Made by a program: the position numbers and the translations under genes. From an uncultured Verrucomicrobiae bacterium (GTDB lineage: Bacteria > Verrucomicrobiota > Verrucomicrobiia > Chthoniobacterales > UBA10450), in the NCBI GenBank assembly GCA_963815455.1, contig CAWFGO010000003.1:128001-192000 (forward strand): 64,000 nt of DNA, written 5' to 3'. The notes beneath the pieces are model-generated. The model was not told the DNA's origin and ran no database searches. It saw only the letters and a program-made list of their open reading frames with translations. Positions within the stretch are counted from its first letter, which is position 1. Each line of letters opens with the position of its first letter. Positions 19,690 through 29,817 of this stretch are shown piece by piece.

Positions 19690-20064
19690 ATGAAAGTATG
19701 GACGTTACTTACACTGTTAACGATGGTGCTTGGATTTCTCACCGGCTTTTTCATCATAAAAGGCGATGCACGTATCAGCGAGAGTCCAATTCTAAACGGA
19801 CTGTTTGGTGCCGTAGTATTTCCTGCGGCAATGGCATACGTCGTCGCCGTCGTCTTTTCTTGGATGAAAGGAAAACGCGGTTGCGCAATAGCAGGAGCTA
19901 TCGGCTTTGTCGCTCCGTATCTCACCATCCTGCCGATCATGGCAGTCGTTGGCGCAATTCGGATTGCGCGACCTAACTCAATGTGGGCACGGAAATACTA
20001 CGGCCCGCAAAAAATGGAAATTGCGCGGCGAAGATTCCCCAAGGAGGCGAAACTGGAATGCTGA
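19690..20064 (+). CDS. Small membrane protein (IS passenger)
   Basis: Three hydrophobic segments; starts 1 nt after the transposase stop. Confidence 0.65.
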   Translation: MKVWTLLTLLTMVLGFLTGFFIIKGDARISESPILNGLFGAVVFPAAMAYVVAVVFSWMKGKRGCAIAGAIGFVAPYLTILPIMAVVGAIRIARPNSMWARKYYGPQKMEIARRRFPKEAKLEC

Positions 20065-20544
20065 TTACGGCGTTGCTGACGCTTCTATTTCTGCCGTTGG
20101 TTGTGGTGATGGCGTTGCGCTGTTGGAATCTTCCGCCTGTTCCGGTGACACGGATATGGTCGCTGTCGTTTGCGGCGATGACGCTGGCGATGCTTGGTCA
20201 GGCTGCGATGTGCCAGTATTGGAGAGCCAGATTTGTAGAATGCCAAAAATCAGGGTTATCACAACGGCAGCTATCGCGGCCCAAGCAGCAATCTTTGTCC
20301 AGCCAAGCGTTTCCTTGTTACTCAGGCGATCAATTTCCGCAGTTAAGATTACTATTTGATCAGACGCGACTCGTATCGCTCGGCGAGTATCCTGCGAGCT
20401 ATCGGTATACTTTCGAACGATCGAGACAAAAAAATCCAGATACCGCCGAAGTTCCGTCTCTGTCAGACTGCCGTCGCGTCTCTTTTGCGCGATCTCATCC
20501 AACGTCGCCCAAATGCTTTTGCTTTCCACAGCCAGCCATTTCAA
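20065..20544 (-). CDS. Single-TM hypothetical protein (IS passenger)
   Basis: Helical N-terminus, one TM (IAAWAAIAAVVITLIFGIL), S/P/T-rich tail; start uncertain. Confidence 0.55.
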   Translation of the reverse strand: MKWLAVESKSIWATLDEIAQKRRDGSLTETELRRYLDFFVSIVRKYTDSSQDTRRAIRVASDQIVILTAEIDRLSNKETLGWTKIAAWAAIAAVVITLIFGILQIWLSNTGTSQPDQASPASSPQTTATISVSPEQAEDSNSATPSPQPTAEIEASATP

Positions 20545-20677
20545 CCGAATCGCCCTCTAATTACCATACCGAAGCTGGCCCAACACCTAGCGACTTTATA
20601 TGACATATATTGTCTGATGTCATGGAATGGACGTGCCGGGCGCATGCCAGGCCATTAAAGGGTCCCCTCTTTCGGAC

Positions 20678-21472
20678 TCAATTGCCCCGCGTTTGCTCGG
20701 CGGAGAATTCGACCGGGTCCTGCTGGAAATACCGTTGCAATTCCTGGTAGAGCTTCGGATGCCGGGCGCGCAGCGCATGAGGTTGCTCGAAGAAGGCTTC
20801 GGTCGATACGGCGAAGAACTCAGCTGGATTGGTTGCGCCGTAGGTATTGAGCAGCGTCGGAATTCCGGTGTCGTCGGCGGCCCGCAGGCAGGCAAATTCT
20901 GTCCGCATCACCTCTCGCCACGATAGTTGCTGTTCCCGGGTGGCCAGCGCCGGCGCGCCGTCGCCTGCTCCGTTCTCGTAGTCGAGTTGGTGGGCAAACT
21001 CGTGCAGCACGAGGTTCTTGCCGTCCTTTGGATCGGCGGCGCCGGCCCGGACAGCGTCCCAGGCGAGGACCAGGGTGCCCATCTGGCGACCGGTCTCGCC
21101 TAAACGGAACGCTTGCCCCTCTCCCCAGACATGATCTTGAATCTGTTCGTTCGCCTCGACGATGTAGGTCGAGGGATAAACGAGAATGGTCAACAGCCGC
21201 GGGAAGTAATCGTTCTTGCGATGCAACAGGAGAAGACAAGCCTGGGCCGCGATCGTTACCAGGATTTCATCGGTGAGCTCGAGGCCACCGCAGCCTTCGA
21301 ACCGTTTTTCGGCCAGGAAAACCTGGACGTGGCCGAGAAGCTCGGTTTGGTCGGCGGCGGAAAGACGGTCAAAGAATGCGACGTTCCATTTGATCGCAGC
21401 CAGCCAGCCTTTTGGAAACGGCCGGGTCCGCAGCCTTTGGCGACGTCGCTCTTTGAGGAATCCAAGGATCAC
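20678..21472 (-). CDS. M90 family zinc peptidase (MtfA-like)
   Basis: IAAQACLL, LVLHEFAHQLD, YGATNPAEFFAV. Confidence 0.9.
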   Translation of the reverse strand: MILGFLKERRRQRLRTRPFPKGWLAAIKWNVAFFDRLSAADQTELLGHVQVFLAEKRFEGCGGLELTDEILVTIAAQACLLLLHRKNDYFPRLLTILVYPSTYIVEANEQIQDHVWGEGQAFRLGETGRQMGTLVLAWDAVRAGAADPKDGKNLVLHEFAHQLDYENGAGDGAPALATREQQLSWREVMRTEFACLRAADDTGIPTLLNTYGATNPAEFFAVSTEAFFEQPHALRARHPKLYQELQRYFQQDPVEFSAEQTRGN

Positions 21473-21563
21473 GTCGCAACATAATGACCGTTCGCGCTGA
21501 ACGCTTGCGGAAAATGTCGTTGCACCGCCGTTGCGCTAATCCGAGTTGGGATCGATTGAGCGC

Positions 21564-21638
21564 TGTAGCGTGCGCTGTCCTCAGCGCACATCAAGGTTGT
21601 GGAGGCAAGAGTCCGCTGAGGACAGCGGACGCTGCAAC
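21564..21638. repeat. GTAG-type REP doublet
   Basis: TGTAGCGTGCGCTGTCCTCAGCG ... CGCTGAGGACAGCGGACGCTGCA. Confidence 0.75.
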
Positions 21639-21719
21639 AGCAGACGCGCACACTTGACGTTCCTGGCGCGTTCGCAAAGAATCGGCACTCAACCAAACGT
21701 CGATAAGGAGAAGACCCCT

Positions 21720-22374
21720 ATGAAAATTGGTGAAACAGCGCCGGATTTCGAAGCTGAAACGACCCAGGGCAAGATCCGCTTCCACGATTGGATCGGCGAT
21801 TCCTGGGCGATATTGTTTTCTCACCCGAAAGATTTCACCCCGGTCTGCACGACCGAGCTGGGATACATGGCCAGGATCAAGCCGGAGTTCGACCGCAGGA
21901 ATGTGAAGGTCATGGGATTATCGGTCGATTCGACCGGCGATCACGAAGGCTGGGCCAATGACATCAAGGAGACCCAGGGGCACGCGCCGAACTACCCGAT
22001 CATTGGCGACGCCGATTTCAAAGTGTCGAAGTTGTATGGAATGCTCCCCGCTGAAACCAGCGGCGACGCGAAAGCGCGCAAGGCGGCGGATAACGCGACC
22101 GTCCGCAACGTTTACGTGGTCGGCCCGGACAAGAAAATCAAACTTGTCCTCATCTATCCGATGGACGACCGGGCGTAACTTCGACGAAGTGCTGCGGGTA
22201 ATCGATTCACTGCAACTGACGGCGAAACATCAGGTGGCGACACCGGTGAATTGGAAACCGGGCGAGGACGTTATCATTTCCGGTTCGGTATCGAACGAAG
22301 AAGCAAAGAAACGATATCCGCAAGGCTGGAAAGAGCCGAAACCGTACATCCGGATCGTGCCGCAGCCGAATTAG
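21720..22374 (+). CDS. 1-Cys peroxiredoxin (Prx6 type), split by one frameshift near 22164
   Basis: [14 protein letters not shown] in one frame; [25 protein letters not shown] in the next. Confidence 0.9.
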
Positions 22375-22389
22375 TGGCGAGTGACGAGC

Positions 22390-22582
22390 TGTAGCCGCGG
22401 GCGCTGACCGCGGATGTCGCTGTAGCCACGGCGCTCCGCCGCGGTGATTTCACCTGCGCAGGAGCGCCTCGACAGAGCGAGGCGGCTACAGAGGACATGC
22501 GGAAGCATGTCCCTCCGGGAAGAATCGGTGTCAGCGCACGAGAATAATTCCGCTTCGGAGGGACGTGCTTCTGCACGTCCGC
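22390..22582. repeat. Cluster of GTAG- and GGAG-type REP palindromes
   Basis: TGTAGCCGCGGGCGCTGACCGCGG (also at 1680 and 15534), ...GAGGCGGCTACA, GGACATGCGGAAGCATGTCCCTCC / GGAGGGACGTGCTTCTGCACGTCC. Confidence 0.8.
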
Positions 22583-22701
22583 GTGTAATGGCGCCCGTTC
22601 ATCTAATCGAGCGAATGTTCTAACGTCGCACAGCGACGTTGCTACAACTTCGGCCCAATTCGATCTCGCGTCTGGCGGCGGATTGTTCTATGACGATTCG
22701 C

Positions 22702-23823
22702 ATGAACACGACCTCTATCTCTCGCCGTAGATTCGCGGAATTACTCGGTGCCGGCGCAGCTTTCGCCGTGGCCCAACCCGTTTTTTCCGTGGCCAAGTCT
22801 CAACCGACGGCCGCGAAAGCGTCGATCAGCGGCGTTGTCCGCTTGAGCGCGAACGAAAATCCGTACGGCCCCTCCCCCAAAGCGCTCAAGGCGATGACGG
22901 ACTCGTTTGGCTTATCGTGTCGCTATCCCGACGAACATAACGACGAATTGATCAACGCCCTGGCCCGATTGAACGATGTCGATCGTAACCAAATTGCGCT
23001 CGGCGACGGTTCGGGCGAGATTTTGAAACTTTGCGCTGAGACATTTACCGGGCCGACCCGCGGCAATTTGGTCGCGGCCGACCCGACATTCGAGGCCCTG
23101 CTTAGTTACTCGAGCGCATTTGGCGCCGAGGTAGTCAAAGTTCCGCTGACCAGTAATTTTAGTCACGATCTCGCGAAAATGGGCGCCGCGGCCCGGAACG
23201 GTTTGGTTTACGTCTGCAACCCCAATAATCCCACCGCCAGCATTACGCCGAAGGCAGAACTCCGCGAGTTCATCACCAAAACCCCGCCAGAAACGATGAT
23301 CCTGGTAGACGAAGCCTATTTTCATTACGCAGACAGTCCCGATTACGAGAGCGTGATCCCGATGGTTAAGGATCATCCGAACCTCATCGTGGCGCGGACG
23401 TTTTCAAAAATTTACGGCATGGCCGGGTTACGCTGCGGCTACGGCGTCGCACAAAAGGCAACAATCGAGCGGATGCATCCGTATCAAATGTGGGACAGCG
23501 TCAACTGCATGGCCCTGGCCGCATCGATCGCGAGTTTGACCGACCCCGACCAAGTCGCGAACGGCAAGCGCCTCAACAACGAAGCGAAAACATTCGTAAC
23601 GACCGAGCTCGACAAGATGGGTTACAAATCCATTCCGTCCCAGGCCAACTTCATCATGTTCGACTGCAAGAAACCGGTCGTGCCGATCGTTCAGGCGATG
23701 AAGGAAAAGAATGTGCAGGTCGGTCGTCTATTCCCCGCGATGCCAAACTACATGCGTCTCACCATCGGCAAGAAATCTGAGATGGAAACTTTTCTGGCCG
23801 CGTTCCGCAAAATCGTAGCCTAA
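22702..23823 (+). CDS. HisC-like class I/II PLP aminotransferase with Tat signal
   Basis: SRRRF twin-arginine leader, [31 protein letters not shown]. Confidence 0.88.
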   Translation: MNTTSISRRRFAELLGAGAAFAVAQPVFSVAKSQPTAAKASISGVVRLSANENPYGPSPKALKAMTDSFGLSCRYPDEHNDELINALARLNDVDRNQIALGDGSGEILKLCAETFTGPTRGNLVAADPTFEALLSYSSAFGAEVVKVPLTSNFSHDLAKMGAAARNGLVYVCNPNNPTASITPKAELREFITKTPPETMILVDEAYFHYADSPDYESVIPMVKDHPNLIVARTFSKIYGMAGLRCGYGVAQKATIERMHPYQMWDSVNCMALAASIASLTDPDQVANGKRLNNEAKTFVTTELDKMGYKSIPSQANFIMFDCKKPVVPIVQAMKEKNVQVGRLFPAMPNYMRLTIGKKSEMETFLAAFRKIVA

Positions 23824-23960
23824 GGTGGAACGCGATCTCCGAGCGCGTTGGTAAACAAATGCGGCTTCGCCGCCTGATTCCAGCATCGAGCTCGGAGATC
23901 GCGATCCACCGACGAATCGAGTCGGATCGAGAGATTCCTCGACTACGCTCGAAATGACAA
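23824..23960. repeat. REP doublet plus GTCATTTCGAGCG-type repeat between convergent aminotransferase and clpB
   Basis: GGTGGAACGCGATCTCCGAGC ... GCTCGGAGATCGCGATCCACC; GAGATTCCTCGACTACGCTCGAAATGACA. Confidence 0.72.
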
Positions 23961-26524
23961 CGCGCCGTTTTTGCATCGACATGGATGATTTGCCCTTCGC
24001 GGACTTTGCCTTCGAGGATGTCGATGCTGAGCGGATCGAGAATTTGTTTTTGAATCGTGCGACGCAGCGGGCGGGCGCCGTAAACCGGGTCGTAACCTTC
24101 GCGGGCGAGCAGTTCCTTGGCCGAATCGGATAACTCGAGCGTGATCTTTTGCTGATCGAGACGTTTGGTCAGGCGTTTGAGTTGAATCTCGACGATCTTC
24201 TTGAGGTCGTCTTCGCTAAGCCGGTCGAAAATGATGATCTCATCAACCCGGTTGAGAAATTCCGGACGGAAATGGCTGCGCAGTGCGTCCATCACCAAGC
24301 GAGAGCGCGCTTCTTTCGATTCGTCCCCGGTAATAAACTGCGAGCCGATGTTCGAGGTCATGATGATAACCGTGTTCTTGAAATCGACCGTCCTCCCCTG
24401 CCCGTCCGTGATCCGGCCGTCGTCGAGCACTTGCAGCAACACGTTGAACACGTCCTGGTGCGCTTTTTCGATCTCGTCGAACAGCACGACCGAATACGGT
24501 TTCCGGCGAACAGCCTCGGAGAGTTGCCCGCCCTCCTCGTAGCCGACGTATCCCGGCGGCGCGCCGATTAGTCGCGCGACGGTGTGTTTCTCCATGTACT
24601 CGCTCATGTCGATCCTGATCATGGCGTTCTCGTCGTCGAAAAGGAATTCGGCCAGCGCGCGGGACAGCTCGGTCTTGCCAACTCCGGTCGGTCCGAGAAA
24701 GATGAATGAGCCGAGCGGCCGGTTCGGATCCTGGAGGCCGGCGCGCGCCCGACGCACCGCGTTTGAGACCGCCTTGATCGCCTCGTTCTGTCCCACCACG
24801 CGCTGGTGCAAATGTTCTTCCAATTTTACCAGTTTTTCGCGCTCGCCCTCCTGCAATCGCGAGACCGGAATGTGCGTCCAGGCGGAAACGACGTTGGCGA
24901 TGTCTTCCTCGGTCACTTCTTCACGCAGCAGCGTTGATTTAGCGTCCTTTTTTTCCGCTTTCGCCGTCGCGTCGCTCAATTTCTTCTCTAATTCGGGAAT
25001 CCGTCCGTATTGAAGCTCGCTCGCCTTGGCCAGTTCCCCGCGCCGCTGCGCACGCTCGAGCTCGGTCCGCAATTTATCGAGTTCCTCTTTCCATTTCCGC
25101 TGTTCCTCGATGACCGCTTTTTCCTTCTGCCATTCGGCTTTGAGGGCGCCGGATTTCTCTTTCAGCTCGGCCAGTTCCTTTTCGAGCTTTTTCAAACGCT
25201 CCTTGCTCGCGGCGTCTTTTTCCTTCTTCAGCGCTTGCCGTTCCATTTCGTGCTGCATGATCTCGCGCTCGATGACGTCGATCTCGGTCGGCATCGAGTC
25301 GATCTCGATCTTCAACCGTGAGGCCGCTTCATCGACAAGATCGATCGCTTTGTCGGGAAGAAACCGGTCGCTGATGTAGCGATGCGAGAGCACCGCCGCC
25401 GCGACCAGCGCAGCATCGGTGATCCGCACGCCGTGATGCACTTCGTAGCGCTCCTTTAATCCGCGTAGGATGGCAATGGTGTCTTCCACACTCGGCTCTT
25501 CGACCATTACCGGTTGAAAACGCCGTTCGAGCGCGGCGTCTTTTTCGATGTATTTGCGATATTCGTCGAGCGTGGTCGCGCCCACCGTGCGCAATTCTCC
25601 GCGGGCCAGCATCGGCTTGAGCATGTTCGATGCATCGACCGAGCCCTCGGCCGCGCCCGCGCCTACAATCGTGTGCAGCTCGTCGATGAAGAGAATGACC
25701 TGCCCCTGCGAATCGGTGACTTCTTTCAGGAACGCTTTGAGCCGGTCCTCGAATTCGCCGCGGAATTTTGCGCCGGCGATCATCGAGCCGATGTCCAGGG
25801 CGATGATCCGTTTTTGTTTTAGCGATTCGGGGAGATCGCCGGAAATAATTCGTCGCGCCAAACCTTCCACGATCGCCGTTTTGCCAACGCCCGGATCGCC
25901 GATGAGCACCGGATTATTTTTCGTGCGGCGCGACAGCACCTGCATGATGCGCCGGATTTCGTTGTCGCGCCCGATGACGGGATCGATCTTGCCCCGTCGC
26001 GCCAGCTCGGTAAGATCGCGTCCGTATTTTTCGAGCGCCTGATATTTGCCCTCGGGATTTTGATCGGTCACGCGTTGAGAACCTCGCACTTGTTGCAACG
26101 CCTGCATCAATTTGTCGCGAGTGACGCCGAGGTCTTTGAGAACTTTCGCCGCCGGAACCCCGCTGAGCGGGGCCGCGCTGAGCGCGAGCAAATAATGCTC
26201 AGCACTGGTAAACTCGTCCTTTAGCTTCGACATCTCCTTCTCCGCGTCGTCAAGAACGCTGCGCAGTTCGTTGGAAAGCCGAAGATCGACAGCGGCGCCG
26301 TGAACTTTCGGACGTTGCGCCAGATCGCTCGTCAACCGATCTCGCAGTTGGTCCATCGGCACGCCGATTTTTTCCAGCAATGGCCGGGTAATCCCGTCGG
26401 TTTGATCGAGAAGCGCCAAGAGAAAATGTTCGTTGGTGATCTCCTGATGATTGGACTGCGAAGCCAGATCCTGCGCCGCCTGGAGCGCTTCCTGCATTTT
26501 CTGGGTGAACTTGTCGATGCGCAT
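23943..26524 (-). CDS. clpB: ATP-dependent chaperone ClpB
   Basis: GDPGVGKT and GPTGVGKT Walker A motifs, coiled-coil M domain. True end is probably ...[11 protein letters not shown] at 23943 if one A is missing from a homopolymer. Confidence 0.96.
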
Positions 26525-26617
26525 GCCTTCAACATAATGAACGCCGCTGTATCAGCAATCGCCTCGTCAAAATCTTCCCTGTTCTCATTGCCGGTTCGTT
26601 AGTGTAAATTTAGGAAC

Positions 26618-27493
26618 ATGGCGAAGGAGGAACGCTCGCTTTGGGAGCAACTCGATTCCGACGTTGAGCCGTGGCGGCGCGGGCGTCTCGTGCTGGTGCT
26701 CATTGCCCTGCTGAATCTTGTTTGCCAGGCGCTTGTCTTCGCCTGGGGAATAGTCCTCGGAGAAACGGAAGGGCTGCTGTGGCTGGTAACCGTTTCAGTT
26801 TTATTCTGGCTGCAGTTCTACCTCATTTGGATCGGTGTTCACTGGATTCGCTGGCTCGCCGGCGCCTCGGCCGGTCTGACCGGGTTTGCCTACGTAATCT
26901 GGGGGGTGCGTGATGGTAATCTATTTGAGATCGCGTTCGGCTGCATCGACCTGTTTATCGGCGCTTATCTTGGTCTGTCGCCTTCAGTTTATTTTTTTGC
27001 CAAACACCAGCAAGAGCGACGCAGTTGGTTTCACTCCCTGGCCGTCGCCGCCGTCTTCGTGGTGCTATTCATGACCCTTTTCCTGGGAACCGTTGGGTTG
27101 TCTGCCTACAGGGCGCAACTTGAAAACGAGGCGTGCGATTTTGCCGATGATGCTTTTGTTCGCATCTTCGCACATCACGATACTTATTTTTTTCTTGAGC
27201 ACATGACTGAGCAAGCCCTGGTCGCCGGCGGTGGCCGCGGTCAGCTTACGAAGTTCCTTCAATACACGACGCTCCAGGCCGGAGATGTGCATGAAATCAA
27301 ACGAGCAGCCGCACAACTAAGGCTGACCTATAGTTGGCCCGACAAACTAGGATGCACCGGCAGCGCCAACGCAGAAGGCATCGGCGCGCGCGGGCCCGTC
27401 CAGTTACAACTCATTCTCATTCGGTCGGCCCAGGGTTGGAGAATCGAAGATCTATCCTGGCGCTATCACGAATATCATCCCGTGCTGCCCTAA
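26618..27493 (+). CDS. Membrane hypothetical protein
   Basis: About 5 TM helices followed by a soluble domain. Confidence 0.7.
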   Translation: MAKEERSLWEQLDSDVEPWRRGRLVLVLIALLNLVCQALVFAWGIVLGETEGLLWLVTVSVLFWLQFYLIWIGVHWIRWLAGASAGLTGFAYVIWGVRDGNLFEIAFGCIDLFIGAYLGLSPSVYFFAKHQQERRSWFHSLAVAAVFVVLFMTLFLGTVGLSAYRAQLENEACDFADDAFVRIFAHHDTYFFLEHMTEQALVAGGGRGQLTKFLQYTTLQAGDVHEIKRAAAQLRLTYSWPDKLGCTGSANAEGIGARGPVQLQLILIRSAQGWRIEDLSWRYHEYHPVLP

Positions 27494-27584
27494 CGCGCGG
27501 GTTTGCCAATTCCTGAAGCCGAAAAAGATCAAAGTTACCCGGTCTCATTGCGGCTTCGCCTCTCACCGCGTATGAGTCTGGGCG

Positions 27585-28871
27585 ATGAAAGAGGGCACAA
27601 CACCATTTGGGAGCCATGCGCTGGAACTGCTCCGCGCCGGACCCTTCCGGCGTTACATCGTCGGCTCCCTCATCTCGGACAGTGGGACGTGGATGCAAGT
27701 AATGGCCCAGGCGTGGGTGATGAGCACGCTGACCAACAGGGCCATCTATCTCGGTTTGGTTAATTTCTGTGCCGGTCTTCCCACCCTGCTGCTGACAATG
27801 TACGGCGGCGCGGTCGCCGATCGCTTCGATAAGCGAAAAATTCTTGTAGCCACGCAAATTTGGCAGATCGGACTGGCGATGATCCTCGGCTGGCTGGTCC
27901 TCACGGGCCGCGTCCAGATTTGGCATATTATGGCCATGGCCACCTTGTTAGGCATTTGCATCGCCTTTGAGATGCCGGCCATTTCCGCTTTCGTTCCGGA
28001 GCTGGTCAAACAGGAACAGATCGCCGCCGCGATTGCAATGGACCGTTCGGTCTTTCACGGCGCGCGTTTGATCGGTCCGTCACTGGCTGGGTGGTTGATC
28101 ACGAAATGGGGCGCGGCCTATGCCTTCTTCGCCAACGCCACTTCGTTTATCGCGCTCATGGTTGCCATTATTTCCATCCCGCCGCGGAAAATCGGGACGA
28201 AGGAGGAAGAGGAGCAGCGACGCAGCGGAATGCTGGACGGATTTCGCTACATCAAATCCGATCGGATCATGGTCTTAATGATTGCCCTGATCGCAATCAC
28301 GACGATCTTCGTGTTTCCGGTAATTTCGGTAATGCTGCCACTGTACGTTCGTAACATTCTGCATCTGGGCGCCGATAAAATGGGCCTGTTGATGGCCGTG
28401 TCCGGAACCGGATCGCTCGCCGGTTCCCTTGGGTTTCTTTCCGTCGCGCGCGAGCATCGCTTCAGGTTGATGACCGGCAACGCCATTGCTGTTGCCATCG
28501 CGCTCTTTTGTATGTCATTTTCCGGCAGTTTTTTGCTCACGGCAGCGGCGATGGGGTTTCTCGCCATCGGGCTTTCGATGAATTTCGCGCTCGCTAATAC
28601 AATTGTTCAGGAACGCGCGCCGTCGCCGCTCCGAGGTCGCATTTCGGCGGTCTTCGGATTGAGTTTCTTTGGACTGATGCCCCTCGCTGGGCTGGGCATT
28701 CCCGGCCTATCCGATCTGATCGGAATGCGAACGGCGCTGGGCATTGCTTCTATTATCTTCGGCATCGGCGCCTTCTTTATCTTGAGCGCCGCCGGCCGCA
28801 AAGCATGCGAGTGCCGGGATGCAGTCGCGGCAATCGTGGAGCCGGAGTCGGAGCCGGTCCTGGTTCCGTGA
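27585..28871 (+). CDS. MFS transporter
   Basis: GAVADRFDKRK motif A; 12-TM pattern. Confidence 0.9.
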   Translation: MKEGTTPFGSHALELLRAGPFRRYIVGSLISDSGTWMQVMAQAWVMSTLTNRAIYLGLVNFCAGLPTLLLTMYGGAVADRFDKRKILVATQIWQIGLAMILGWLVLTGRVQIWHIMAMATLLGICIAFEMPAISAFVPELVKQEQIAAAIAMDRSVFHGARLIGPSLAGWLITKWGAAYAFFANATSFIALMVAIISIPPRKIGTKEEEEQRRSGMLDGFRYIKSDRIMVLMIALIAITTIFVFPVISVMLPLYVRNILHLGADKMGLLMAVSGTGSLAGSLGFLSVAREHRFRLMTGNAIAVAIALFCMSFSGSFLLTAAAMGFLAIGLSMNFALANTIVQERAPSPLRGRISAVFGLSFFGLMPLAGLGIPGLSDLIGMRTALGIASIIFGIGAFFILSAAGRKACECRDAVAAIVEPESEPVLVP

Positions 28872-28888
28872 TCACGATTCGTTAGCCG

Positions 28889-29803
28889 ATGATTTCCTTT
28901 TCCACATGCTGGAATTCCGGCCGCCACACCGCCGGCGACGAAATGCTGCGCGAGATCAAAGGCGAGCTCGGGTTCGACCTGGTTGAACTGGGTCACGGCA
29001 TCCGTATCTCGCTCATGCCCGGCATTCAAAAAATGTTCGAGGCCGGCCAGATCAAGTTCAGTAGTCTGCACAATTTTTGTCCGTTGCCGGTCGAGGTCAT
29101 GGCCGCCTCGCCCGATTGCTACCAATTCTCCTCAATCTATCCCCACGAGCGCGAGCGGGCGGTGAAGCAAACTTTCCAGACGATCGATTTCGCCGAGCGA
29201 CTCGGGGCGCCTTTCATTGTGATGCATCTGGGCGAAGTCTCCATGCAACCAATTACCGATTCACTGATCGCCCTTGCAAAAAAAGGCGAACTCCTTTCCC
29301 GCAAGTATGTGCGGAAAAAAATTAAGGCGATAGAAAAGCGCGAATCGGCCGCGCCGCGTTATCTCGAGCGAGTGAAGGATTGCCTGAAACGGATCGCCGA
29401 ATATGCCGCTGGCAAGAAGATCAGGCTCGGACTGGAGGGCCGGCGCGGCTACGAGGAAATCCCGAGCGAACGCGAGCTGCCGGCGCTGCTCGACGAGCTT
29501 GACTCATCGCAATTCGGTTACTGGCACGATTTCGGACATATTCAGATCAAGGAAAACCTCTCTTTCCTCAATCACGAGGAATGGTTGAAAACAATTGGGC
29601 CGAGAGCGCTCGGAGCCCACGTGCAGGATTGCATCTGGCCGGCGCAGGATCATCAGCCGCCGTTTGCCGGCGATGTCGATCTTGCCAGACTGGTTCCGCT
29701 TCTCCCGCGCGATTGCACGTGGGTATGGGAGATGAGCCCGCGTAAAACGGTCGAAGAGATCTCGCGTTCAGTTGAACTTTGGAAGAAACACTTCGGTGAT
29801 TGA
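28889..29803 (+). CDS. Sugar phosphate isomerase/epimerase (AP endonuclease 2-type TIM barrel)
   Basis: VELGH, SLHNF, VMHLG, WHDFGH, AHVQD, VWEMS metal motifs. Confidence 0.8.
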   Translation: MISFSTCWNSGRHTAGDEMLREIKGELGFDLVELGHGIRISLMPGIQKMFEAGQIKFSSLHNFCPLPVEVMAASPDCYQFSSIYPHERERAVKQTFQTIDFAERLGAPFIVMHLGEVSMQPITDSLIALAKKGELLSRKYVRKKIKAIEKRESAAPRYLERVKDCLKRIAEYAAGKKIRLGLEGRRGYEEIPSERELPALLDELDSSQFGYWHDFGHIQIKENLSFLNHEEWLKTIGPRALGAHVQDCIWPAQDHQPPFAGDVDLARLVPLLPRDCTWVWEMSPRKTVEEISRSVELWKKHFGD

Positions 29804-29817
29804 AAGTCTCTGTTTAC

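Larger units (their letters stand above)
17522..20587 (+). mobile_element. IS1-family insertion sequence with passenger genes (3066 bp)
   Basis: TIRs GGTGTTGGGCCAGCTT (17522-17537) and AAGCTGGCCCAACACC (20572-20587). Direct repeat TAGCGACT on both flanks (17514-17521, 20588-20595). Internal DDE transposase. Confidence 0.9.

Noticed and set aside
22155..22180. Programmed frameshift or pseudogene in the peroxiredoxin
   Set aside because: One extra base with no slippery site. Similar single indels occur in clpB, glnD, the nucleotidyltransferase, the STT3-like gene and hflK, which points to sequencing error. Read pileups would settle it.
22390..22582. CRISPR array
   Set aside because: Repeats are inverted, heterogeneous and not regularly spaced; no cas genes in the window.
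23759..23945. Extended ClpB C-terminus overlapping the aminotransferase
   Set aside because: Adding one A to the A-run gives a normal end ([11 protein letters not shown]); the extension just reads through REP DNA.
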